Part shown: one piece after another, positions 1 to 7,754 of the stretch
Position numbering within the stretch: position 1 is the first letter of the stretch
How the letters are laid out: each line of letters starts with the position of its first letter
From: an uncultured Bacteroidales bacterium
Lineage (GTDB): Bacteria; Bacteroidota; Bacteroidia; Bacteroidales; UBA932
Assembly: GCA_946538425.1 (NCBI GenBank)
Contig: CAMNGM010000001.1
Span: 1 to 61,043 of the forward strand
Direction: 5' to 3'
Length of the DNA: 61,043 bases
Made by a program: the position numbers and the translations under genes
The notes under the pieces: generated by a model
Database searches by the model: none
Told to the model about the DNA's origin: nothing
What the model saw: only the letters and a program-made list of their open reading frames with translations

Positions 1-127
1 TCTTGCGGGCGACATCCCAGCAGATCCAGACCATCGCCAGGAAGAAGATGGCGATCACGATCCAGTCCCAGGAGGCGAGCGAGATGCGGTTCAGGTCCGC
101 AGCCGCGATGAGAAGATTGTTGAACAT
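1..127 (-). CDS. Sodium:solute symporter (SSS family) sugar transporter, N-terminal fragment running off the window edge; likely L-arabinose transporter
   Basis: Manual translation from ATG at 127: MFNNLLIAAADLNRISLASWDWIVIAIFFLAMVWICWDVARK. The 'DWIVIAIFF' first TM helix is typical of SSS transporters. Lies 18 bp downstream of araR; Bacteroides ara operons also pair AraR with an SSS transporter. Confidence 0.6.
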   Translation of the reverse strand, partial: MFNNLLIAAADLNRISLASWDWIVIAIFFLAMVWICWDVARK

Positions 128-145
128 GGTTTAGTGTAATTGAAG

Positions 146-823
146 TTAGATTTTGAAATTGCCGTCGTATTTCTCCCGGTTGAAGCGGTACAGGGCCGCG
201 CCCTTGCGGGAAAGGGTCTTGTCGATGCCGCCCGTCTTCTCGATGTAGTCCATCTGGGCGATCCGCTTGCGGAAGTTCCGCTTGTCGATGGGCTCGCCGA
301 GGATGGCCTCATAGAGGGCCTGGAGCTGCGTGAGGGTGAATTCCTCCGGGAGGAGGTTGATGCCCACGGGTTTCACCGTGGCCTGGTAGCGCATGAAGCG
401 GAGGGCGTCGGACACCATCCGGTCGTGGTCGAAAATGAGGCGGGGGATGGCGGGAAGCTTGACCCAGAAGGCGTTATGGGCCCGGACGAGTTCCCGGTCG
501 TATTTCTTGATGTCCACGAGGGCGTAGTACGCGGTGGAGAGCACGCGCTCCCCGGGGTCGCGCTCCACCTCGCCGTAGGTATGGACCTGGCGCATATACA
601 GGTCGTCGAGGCCCGTGAGTTCGGCCACCACGCGCCGGGCGGCGTCGTCGAGGTCCTCGCCCTCCTCCACGAATCCGCCCGCGAGGGACCATCGGCCCTT
701 CGCCGGTTCGAAATTCCGCTGGAGCAGCAGCAGACTGAGCTCACCCTCCTCGAACCCGAAGATGATGCAGTCCACGGCCGCGTGGAACTTGGGATGGACA
801 CTGTAAAACGCTTGCTGCGTCAT
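146..823 (-). CDS. araR: NrtR-family transcriptional regulator (NUDIX domain + winged HTH), AraR-type L-arabinose repressor
   Basis: 225 aa with VDCIIFGF...LLLQRNFEP..GRWSLAGGFV, RDPGERV, FDH, and C-terminal FTLTQLQALYEAILGEPIDKRNFRK. Closely resembles B. thetaiotaomicron AraR (BT0354) as recalled. GT-N7-AC operators lie directly upstream. Confidence 0.88.
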   Translation of the reverse strand: MTQQAFYSVHPKFHAAVDCIIFGFEEGELSLLLLQRNFEPAKGRWSLAGGFVEEGEDLDDAARRVVAELTGLDDLYMRQVHTYGEVERDPGERVLSTAYYALVDIKKYDRELVRAHNAFWVKLPAIPRLIFDHDRMVSDALRFMRYQATVKPVGINLLPEEFTLTQLQALYEAILGEPIDKRNFRKRIAQMDYIEKTGGIDKTLSRKGAALYRFNREKYDGNFKI

Positions 824-833
824 TGGTTACCGG

Positions 834-856
834 TTGAGTGTCAAAATTACACTTAC
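834..856. promoter_or_regulatory. Putative AraR operator 1 (AGTGT-N7-ACACT)
   Basis: ttgAGTGTcaaaattACACTtac; palindromic core 837-853 with the GT-N7-AC spacing of NrtR-family sites; lies downstream of the araR -7 box. Confidence 0.75.
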
Positions 857-863
857 AAAGATA
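856..863 (-). promoter_or_regulatory. Bacteroidetes sigma-A -7 element for araR operon
   Basis: Reverse complement TATCTTTG matches TAnnTTTG. Confidence 0.65.
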
Positions 864-870
864 GGAAAAT

Positions 871-893
871 AAAAGTGTACCTGCAACACTTTT
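871..893. promoter_or_regulatory. Putative AraR operator 2 (AAAAGTGT-N7-ACACTTTT)
   Basis: Perfect 8-bp inverted arms, AAAAGTGT acctgca ACACTTTT; overlaps the expected -33 regions of both divergent promoters. Confidence 0.85.
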
Positions 894-908
894 TTAAAGA
901 AATATTCG

Positions 909-916
909 TAACTTTG
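909..916 (+). promoter_or_regulatory. Bacteroidetes sigma-A -7 element for GH97
   Basis: TAACTTTG, 5 nt before the ATG at 922. Confidence 0.65.
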
Positions 917-921
917 GACAT

Positions 922-2943
922 ATGAAAAAGATAGCCTTGATACTCAGCTTGGTGCTCCTCGCGCTGCCGGTGGCGGCCTCGGAGGAGCGTGTGGCCAGCC
1001 CGGACGGGCGGCTGGTGGTGACGGTCTCCGACGAGGGCGCGATGCCCACGTACAGCGTGACCTATGACGGGATTCCGTTCCTGTGGCGTTCCCCGCTGGG
1101 GCTGAAGACCGACATCGGCGACTTCACCCAGGGGGTCCGGCTTGCCGGCTGGCTCCATGAGGGGCCGGTTGTCGACGACTACAGCATCCCGACCATCAAG
1201 AAGTCGTCCGTGCACTACGAGGCCAACCGGGCCGTGTTCTCCTTCGTCAAGGACGGGAAGGAGCTGATGGACGTCATCTTCCAGGTGAGCGCGAACGACA
1301 TTGCGTTCCGCTACCGGATCAACCCGCCCAAGCCCGACACGAAAGTGTGCGTGATCACGGACGAGGCGACGGGATATGTGTTCCGGGAGGGCACGACCTC
1401 CTTCCTGAGCCCGATGATGGGGCCGATGTCCGGCTTCGCCCGCACGACGCCCAGCTACGAGACGGACTATCGGGCCGACGAGCCCCTGGGCAGGAACGGG
1501 GACGGCCACGGCTATGTGTTCCCGGCGCTGTTCCGCAACGGGAATGACGGCTGGGTGCTCCTCAGCGAGACCGGCGTGAACGGGTCGTACTGCGGCGGGC
1601 GGCTCATCGGCAATGCCGACGGCTCCTACCGCCTCGCCTTCCCGATGCCGGAGGAAATCGGCGGGAACGGCACGTCCACCGTGGGAATGGCCATCCCGGG
1701 CTGCACGCCCTGGCGTACGATCACCGTCGCCCGCGACCTCAAGCCCATCGTCGAGACCACCGTCGCCTGGGACGTCGTGGAACCCCAGTACGAGGCCTCC
1801 CAGGTCTATGAGCCCTCCCGCGGCTCCTGGAGCTGGATCCTGAAGATGGACAGCAACACCACCTATCCCGTGCAGCTGCAGTACATTGACTTCAGCGCGG
1901 CGATGGGCTGGGAAACGATCCTCGTGGACGCCCTCTGGGACACCCAGATTGGCCGCGAGAATATGGAAAAGCTCGCCGCGTACGCAAAGGAGAAGGGCGT
2001 CCGGCTCTTCGTCTGGTACAACTCCAACGGCTATTGGAACGACGCCCCGCAGGGACCGCGGAATATCATGAACCGCAGCGTCACCCGCCGCGCCGAGATG
2101 GCCTGGCTGCAGAAGCTTGGCGTCAAGGGCATCAAGGTCGATTTCTTCGGCTCCGACAAGCAGGTGATGCTCCAGCTCTACGAGGACATCCTCGTCGACG
2201 CCAACGACTTCGGCCTCCAGTGCGTCTTCCACGGCTGCACCCTGCCGCGCGGCTGGGAGCGGATGTACCCGAACTTCGCCTCGGCCGAGGCGGTCGTCGC
2301 CAGCGAGAACCTCTATTTCGGCCAGTACCGCTGCGACCGCGAGGCCTTCAGCGCCACGCTGCACCCGTTCATCCGCAACACCGTCGCGGCGATGGACTTC
2401 GGCGGCAGCACGCTGAACAAGATCTACAATCCCTTCAACGACCTCGGCCGCCGCGGCTCCATCCGCCGCACCTCCGACGTCTTCGCGCTCGCCACGGCCG
2501 TGCTCTTCCAGAGCTACGTCCAGCACTTCGCGATGACGCCCGAGAACCTCACGGACGCCCCCGCCTGGGCCGTCGACTTCATGAAGGAGGTCCCGACGAA
2601 GTGGGACGAGGTCAAGTTCATCGACGGTTACCCCGGCCAGTTCGTCGTCCTCGCGCGCCGCGCAGGCGATAAGTGGTACTATGTGGGCATCAACGCATCG
2701 GCGGAATCCCGCACCGTGGAGGTCGACCTCCCGGCGGGCGCCTACACGCTCTATTCCGACACCGTCGAGCCCGCCACGGCGAAGGCCGCCCGCAAGCTCC
2801 ACGGCCGGAAGGCGCCCCTGACGCTGGAACCGCGCCAGACCACCGCCGCCACCTTCCTCGGCGCCCGGGAGGACCGCACCCACAAGGGCGGCCCGGTGAA
2901 AGTCACCATCCCCTGCAACGGCGGCTTCGTGATCGTGCAATAG
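922..2943 (+). CDS. Glycoside hydrolase family 97, retaining type (alpha-galactosidase / beta-L-arabinopyranosidase-like), secreted
   Basis: Signal peptide; GH97 N-terminus (SPDGRLVVTV, SPLGL, DIAFRY), TPWRTI, YIDFSAAMGW, GIKVDFF (Asp nucleophile of retaining GH97s), FHGCTLPRGWERMYPN, C-terminal DGYPGQFVVLARRAGDKWY. Confidence 0.9.
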   Translation: MKKIALILSLVLLALPVAASEERVASPDGRLVVTVSDEGAMPTYSVTYDGIPFLWRSPLGLKTDIGDFTQGVRLAGWLHEGPVVDDYSIPTIKKSSVHYEANRAVFSFVKDGKELMDVIFQVSANDIAFRYRINPPKPDTKVCVITDEATGYVFREGTTSFLSPMMGPMSGFARTTPSYETDYRADEPLGRNGDGHGYVFPALFRNGNDGWVLLSETGVNGSYCGGRLIGNADGSYRLAFPMPEEIGGNGTSTVGMAIPGCTPWRTITVARDLKPIVETTVAWDVVEPQYEASQVYEPSRGSWSWILKMDSNTTYPVQLQYIDFSAAMGWETILVDALWDTQIGRENMEKLAAYAKEKGVRLFVWYNSNGYWNDAPQGPRNIMNRSVTRRAEMAWLQKLGVKGIKVDFFGSDKQVMLQLYEDILVDANDFGLQCVFHGCTLPRGWERMYPNFASAEAVVASENLYFGQYRCDREAFSATLHPFIRNTVAAMDFGGSTLNKIYNPFNDLGRRGSIRRTSDVFALATAVLFQSYVQHFAMTPENLTDAPAWAVDFMKEVPTKWDEVKFIDGYPGQFVVLARRAGDKWYYVGINASAESRTVEVDLPAGAYTLYSDTVEPATAKAARKLHGRKAPLTLEPRQTTAATFLGAREDRTHKGGPVKVTIPCNGGFVIVQ

Positions 2944-2953
2944 GAGTAGGAGT

Positions 2954-2982
2954 AAAAAAGGGCACGGATTGAATCCGTGCCC
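2954..2982 (-). terminator. Rho-independent terminator between convergent GH97 and GH43 genes
   Basis: Inverted repeat GGGCACGGATT-g-AATCCGTGCCC (2960-2982) with A6 at 2954-2959, giving a U-tract on the minus strand. Confidence 0.8.
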
Positions 2983-3004
2983 AAAACCTTGTGCCAGACG
3001 CCCC

Positions 3005-4000
3005 TTAGTCGTCCAGGCCTTCGATGGTCTGGATGGTGCCGTCCTCGTTGTAGGTGAGTTCGCACACCTTCAGGCTGCGGAGGCGGTTGATGCCCTTGGA
3101 GATGCCGCTGTCGTGGTGGAAGAGGTACCATTTGCCCTTGAATTCCACGATGCAGTGGTGCGTGGTCCAGCCGATGACCGGGGTGAGGATCACGCCCTTG
3201 TAGGTGAAGGGACCGTACGGGTTGTCGCCGATGGCATAGCACAGCTTGTGCGTGTCGCCGGTGGAGTAGCTGAAGTAGTACTTCCCATTGTACTTGTGCA
3301 CCCAGCTGGCCTCGAAGAAGCGGCGCTCGTTGTCCTCGACCTTGATCGGGGTTCCGTCCTCGTCCAGGAGGACGACGGGCTTCGGTTCCTCGGCGAACTG
3401 GAGCATATCCTTGCCGATTTTCACCACGCGGGCCGGGATGGCGGGTTGGCCGTCGGCCGGGTAGGAGGTGCCGCAGTCCTTGGCGAGGTTGTCCTCGTAG
3501 CGCTGGAGCTGGCCGCCCCAGATGCCGCCGAAGTACATGTAGTATTCGTCATCGTCATCGTGCAGGATGGCGTAGTCGATGGAATAGCTGCCGCGGACGG
3601 GATCCGGCATCGCCTTGAACGGGCCGGTGGGGGAGTCGCTCACCGCGACGCCGCAGCGGAAGATGTCGGTCTTGTCCTTGGCCGGGAAGTACATATAGTA
3701 CTTGCCGTCGCGGCCCTTCACGACCTCGTTGTCCCACAGCTGGCGGCGGGCCCACGGGATGTCCTTGATGTCCAGGACATTGCCCCAGTCCTTGACGGGA
3801 GAGGTCATCGGGTCGTCCCCCTCGATGGAAAGGACGTGGTAGTCCTTCATGTCGTACTCGCTGCCGAAGTCGTCGTCCGGCGCGGCGGACTCCCAGTCGT
3901 GGGAAGGGTAGATATAGATCTTGCCGTCGAACACGTGTACGGACGGGTCCGCCATATAGTCGGCGGGGAAGAGATAGCGTTTGAGAACTTTCTTGGCCAT
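3005..4000 (-). CDS. xynB: GH43 (subfamily 1) beta-xylosidase/alpha-arabinofuranosidase, cytoplasmic
   Basis: 331 aa, no signal peptide; YMADPSVHVFDGKIYIYPSHD, YFGGIWGGQLQRY, RRFFEASW, GWTTHH motifs as in Prevotella XynB / Bacteroides Xsa. Confidence 0.9.
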   Translation of the reverse strand: MAKKVLKRYLFPADYMADPSVHVFDGKIYIYPSHDWESAAPDDDFGSEYDMKDYHVLSIEGDDPMTSPVKDWGNVLDIKDIPWARRQLWDNEVVKGRDGKYYMYFPAKDKTDIFRCGVAVSDSPTGPFKAMPDPVRGSYSIDYAILHDDDDEYYMYFGGIWGGQLQRYEDNLAKDCGTSYPADGQPAIPARVVKIGKDMLQFAEEPKPVVLLDEDGTPIKVEDNERRFFEASWVHKYNGKYYFSYSTGDTHKLCYAIGDNPYGPFTYKGVILTPVIGWTTHHCIVEFKGKWYLFHHDSGISKGINRLRSLKVCELTYNEDGTIQTIEGLDD

Positions 4001-4013
4001 AGTTTTCTATGAA

Positions 4014-5441
4014 TTATGCGTTGAGGTGTCTTGCTTCGATTTCGCGGTTGATTTCGTCCATCCGCTCGTCGGAGAGGTCGTACTTGGAGATGATCCAGAT
4101 GGCGAGGAGCAGGAGGATGGCGGGGATCACGCACACGAGCCAGAGGATGCCCTGCAGGGCGAGGGGCGTCTGCGTGGTGGCTTCGGCCTTGAAGCCCACC
4201 CAGGCGAGGACGAGGCCCGGGACGACGCCGCCGAGGGCCATGCCGGCCTTGAAGAAGATGCCGGTGAGGGCGTTCACGATGCCGGCGATGCGCTTGCCGG
4301 TGGTGTATTCGCCGTAGGCGATGACCTCCGGGACGAGGGCCCACATATAGCCCGTCGCGGTGATGATGCCGGTGGACTTGATGAACTGGGCGATGCACAG
4401 GAGGACGAAGTTGGACTTCGTGGCCGGGATGGACACGAAGGTGTACATCAGGATCATACCCACGATGGCGACGCCGAGGAACAGGTAGAACATCCCCTTC
4501 TTGCCGATCTTGCGCTTGATGGCGGGCACGAGCGGCATGAAGATGAAGGCCGGGATGGTGCCGAGCCACATGAACAGGGTGGTCAGGAGCGGGGTGGCGC
4601 CCACGTTGAAGGTCATGAAGTAGGCGTCGGCGGCGTTGCTCACGCTCATCATCGCGAAGGCGGTGATGAAGAAGAAGGCGACGACGCGGAGGGGCTTGTT
4701 GCGGCCGAACTCCATCCAGAGGTCGCTCACTTTCACATTGGCGGACTCCTTCTCGTCCATCACGACGCGTTCCTTGCACTGGAAGAAGCAGAAGACGAGG
4801 AGCGCGAGGCCGGCGAGCGCGAAGATGGTCATCGTGATAAACCAGGCCTGGGCGGCGTCGGGCGTGTTGTAGACGGCGGTCATCTTGCCGGTCTCGGGGT
4901 TCAGCACCTTCGGGGCGAAGAGGGCGATGATCAGCGGAAGGGACTTCACGCACAGGGCGCCGAGGTTCGCCATGAACATACGGGTGGAGGTCAGGATGGT
5001 GATCTCGTTCGTGTCACGGGTGAGGGAGGCGTTCAGGGCGCCGTACGGGACGTTCACGAGGGTGTAGCACATCGACATTCCCACGTAGGTGATGTAGGCG
5101 TACACCAGCGAGCCGCTGAATCCGTTGTAGAAGCACAGGATGGCGAGGCCCACGAGCGGAATGCCGCCTAGGATGAGCCAGGAACGGTACTTGCCCCATT
5201 TGGGGTTGCCCTTGTCCACGATGGTGCCCACGATCGGGTCCCACAGGACATCCACGAGGCGGACGATGAGGAACATCAGGGCGGCGGCGCCCGGGTCCAG
5301 CCCGAACACGTTCGTGTAGAAGAACAGCAGCCAGATGGAGATGGTCTGGTAGATGAGGTTCTGCGCCATGTCGCCGGCGCCGAAGCCGATGCGCTGGGCC
5401 CAGCTCAGCTTGTAGAAGCCTTTGGATTCGTTGTTTGCCAT
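4014..5441 (-). CDS. MFS glycoside-pentoside-hexuronide (GPH) family symporter, probable xylo-oligosaccharide transporter
   Basis: 475 aa, about 12 hydrophobic helices; RIGFGAGDMAQNL, DVLWDPIVG, GKYRSW, VNVPYGAL, ALVPEVIAYGE motifs; 13 bp upstream of the GH43_1 gene. Confidence 0.9.
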   Translation of the reverse strand: MANNESKGFYKLSWAQRIGFGAGDMAQNLIYQTISIWLLFFYTNVFGLDPGAAALMFLIVRLVDVLWDPIVGTIVDKGNPKWGKYRSWLILGGIPLVGLAILCFYNGFSGSLVYAYITYVGMSMCYTLVNVPYGALNASLTRDTNEITILTSTRMFMANLGALCVKSLPLIIALFAPKVLNPETGKMTAVYNTPDAAQAWFITMTIFALAGLALLVFCFFQCKERVVMDEKESANVKVSDLWMEFGRNKPLRVVAFFFITAFAMMSVSNAADAYFMTFNVGATPLLTTLFMWLGTIPAFIFMPLVPAIKRKIGKKGMFYLFLGVAIVGMILMYTFVSIPATKSNFVLLCIAQFIKSTGIITATGYMWALVPEVIAYGEYTTGKRIAGIVNALTGIFFKAGMALGGVVPGLVLAWVGFKAEATTQTPLALQGILWLVCVIPAILLLLAIWIISKYDLSDERMDEINREIEARHLNA

Positions 5442-5487
5442 ATCGTTTTAAGGTGTTATTGCGGGTTATTGTAGTTTGTACCGAATA

Positions 5488-5567
5488 CAAATATACGATT
5501 TCCCCGCATAAAACAAGACCAGAAATGGGTCAGAAATGTTCAAATCCGCTCTTTTTTCTTATTTTTG
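5488..5567. promoter_or_regulatory. Divergent promoter region (transporter / GH10)
   Basis: TATATTTG on minus (5488-5495), TATTTTTG on plus (5560-5567); CAGAAATG direct repeat at 5520 and 5531 between them. Confidence 0.6.
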
Positions 5568-5582
5568 CGAGGTTGAAAACGA

Positions 5583-7742
5583 ATGAAACGTATGAAAAGG
5601 ATATGGACCCTCGTCCTGCTCTCCGCCCTGGCGGCTGCCGCCGCATCCTCCTGCGGAAAGGACGAACCGACGCCCGTCACCCCGGCGAAACCCGAAGAGA
5701 AACCGGACCCGCCCGTGACCCCGGACCCGCCCAAGCCCAAGGTCGTGGACTATGACAAGTACGCCCTGAAGGAGGTCGCCGAGAAGGCCGGCCTCAAGCT
5801 GGGCGTGTCGTTCACCTACTGGGAATACCAGCGGAACCCCCAGGTCGCGGAGATCCTCAAGCGCGATTTCGCCGCCGTCACCTTCGGCAACGAGATGAAG
5901 CACGACGCGATCGTCCAGCAGGGCGGCGCCTACAACTTCTCGAGCGCCGACGCGATGGCCGGCTGGGCGAAGGCGTGCGGGACCGAGCTGTTCGGGCACA
6001 CGCTCGGCTGGCACAGCCAGCAGCAGCGCGCGTACCTGAACAACGTGATCGCGCGGGCCGCCGCGAACAACAACGCTTCGCTGCTCCGGGAGAACTGGAA
6101 CTTCGAGGCCGGTACGCTGGAGGGGTACGCCGCCAGCGGGTTCGAGGCCTTTGCGAGCCTGTATGACGTCTTCGCCGGCGACTATGCCGCCAAGGCGGTC
6201 ACCGACGGCGCCACCCTGACGGTCGATGCGGCCGTCGAGGCGGGGAAGCCGTATGATGTCTCCTTCTGGGCCAAGAGTCTTGCGAAGGAAGGCACGGTCA
6301 AGACCACGGCCGGCGACGGCCAGGAGGCCGAGGCGCGCGTGACGTCCGAGTGGAGCAAGTTCACGGCTACTTTCACGCCCGAGACCCTCGGCGCGTTCGC
6401 CTTCCGGTTCACCGCGTCGAAGGACGTGGTCATCGACAATATCCGCATCCTCGGGGAAGGCGGCAGCGGCCCGGAGCAGACGGCCGATGGGATTGATTTC
6501 GAGAGCCTTGCGGCGGGCGGCGCCGCACAGCTGACCTCGTCCGGCCTGTTCGTGCAGGTGAACGGCGCCGACTATGTGGGCGTGACGGACCAATCGGCCC
6601 ACGGCGGCTCCCTGGCGCTGAAGATGGACAATTCCTCCGGCTACGCGAAGGACAGTTGGGACATCCAGGTGGTGACCAAGGCCTTCCCGGTCACCCCCGG
6701 AACGACCTACCGGATCTCCTGGTACGCCAAGGCGAGCCGGGCGGCGGATTTCCAGATCGACATCCGCGGGGACGGGTCTCCGAAGTACTACAGCTCGACT
6801 TACAACCAGTTCCCGAAAATGGGCGCCGACTGGACGCTCCAGAGCGTGGATTACACCGTGGAATCGGGATCCGATCTCTCCTTCGCCTTCTACGGCGGCG
6901 TGGAGGCGGTGACCTATTACATCGACGATATCCGGATTGCGCCGGCGTCCTCCGCGGCTTCCGCTCCGCGCCGCCACGCCGCCCCCGCCTTCCAGACCAC
7001 CAACAGCCTCTCCGGCGAGCTGGTGAACGACGCCATCGGCTATGTGTACCGCGACTGGGTGTACACGATGGTCGGGCACTTCGACGCATACGGCTGGGAC
7101 GTCGTGAACGAGACCTTCAGCGACTGGCCCGCCGGTGAATTCCGGAACGCGGGGAATACCACCGGTGAAAACGCCTTCGTCTGGGGCCGGTATTTCAAGA
7201 GCACCAAGGACTGGGTGGACAAGGCGTTCGCCTATGCCACCGACGCCCTGACGCGGAAGGGAAAGACCGCCGTCCTGTACCTGAACGACTACAACCTGGA
7301 AACGAGCCCCGACAAGCGGAAGGCCTACTGCGACTATGTGAAGGGCAATCCGCAGGTGACCGGCGTCGGCACGCAGATGCACCTGGATATGTCCACGCCG
7401 GACCTCCGGGACAAGGTCGTCGCGAGCCTCCGCGACCTGCAGGCCACCGGCCGGACCGTCCGCATCTCCGAACTGGACATCAAGTGCTCCGACCTGGCCG
7501 CCCAGGCCGACCTGTACAAGTTCATCTTCGAGAAATACCTGGAAATCGTCCCGCCCGCCCAGCGCGGCGGCATCACCATCTGGGGCATCAACGACAAGGA
7601 CTCCTGGGTGAAAGAGGAGCAGAACGGCAAACAGAACCGTCCGCTCCTGTACGAAGGCGTCAACTACGTCCGCAAACCCGCCTGGGAAACCCTCTACCTC
7701 TTCCTCTGCGAGCGCGCGGGGCTGGATCCGTACAAGGAATAG
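5583..7742 (+). CDS. GH10 endo-1,4-beta-xylanase lipoprotein with two CBM4-like modules inserted in the catalytic domain (Xyn10C-type); start may be 5592
   Basis: Lipobox AASSC and Pro-rich linker; N-half GH10 (FGNEMKHD, GHTLGWHSQ); two beta-sandwich modules (NWNFEAG..IDNIRI; IDFE..YIDDIRI); C-half with WDVVNE, LYLNDYNLE, GTQMH, ISELD, ITIWG. Confidence 0.9.
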   Translation: MKRMKRIWTLVLLSALAAAAASSCGKDEPTPVTPAKPEEKPDPPVTPDPPKPKVVDYDKYALKEVAEKAGLKLGVSFTYWEYQRNPQVAEILKRDFAAVTFGNEMKHDAIVQQGGAYNFSSADAMAGWAKACGTELFGHTLGWHSQQQRAYLNNVIARAAANNNASLLRENWNFEAGTLEGYAASGFEAFASLYDVFAGDYAAKAVTDGATLTVDAAVEAGKPYDVSFWAKSLAKEGTVKTTAGDGQEAEARVTSEWSKFTATFTPETLGAFAFRFTASKDVVIDNIRILGEGGSGPEQTADGIDFESLAAGGAAQLTSSGLFVQVNGADYVGVTDQSAHGGSLALKMDNSSGYAKDSWDIQVVTKAFPVTPGTTYRISWYAKASRAADFQIDIRGDGSPKYYSSTYNQFPKMGADWTLQSVDYTVESGSDLSFAFYGGVEAVTYYIDDIRIAPASSAASAPRRHAAPAFQTTNSLSGELVNDAIGYVYRDWVYTMVGHFDAYGWDVVNETFSDWPAGEFRNAGNTTGENAFVWGRYFKSTKDWVDKAFAYATDALTRKGKTAVLYLNDYNLETSPDKRKAYCDYVKGNPQVTGVGTQMHLDMSTPDLRDKVVASLRDLQATGRTVRISELDIKCSDLAAQADLYKFIFEKYLEIVPPAQRGGITIWGINDKDSWVKEEQNGKQNRPLLYEGVNYVRKPAWETLYLFLCERAGLDPYKE

Positions 7743-7754
7743 TTCCTTGTGTGG

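Noticed and set aside
146-823. Active NUDIX hydrolase or NAD regulator NrtR
   Set aside because: The wHTH fusion, sugar-utilisation context and upstream operators fit AraR; no NAD genes are nearby.
2941-2953. TAGGAG-TAGGAG repeat after the GH97 stop
   Set aside because: Too short, with no credible downstream ORF; Shine-Dalgarno motifs are generally not used in Bacteroidetes.
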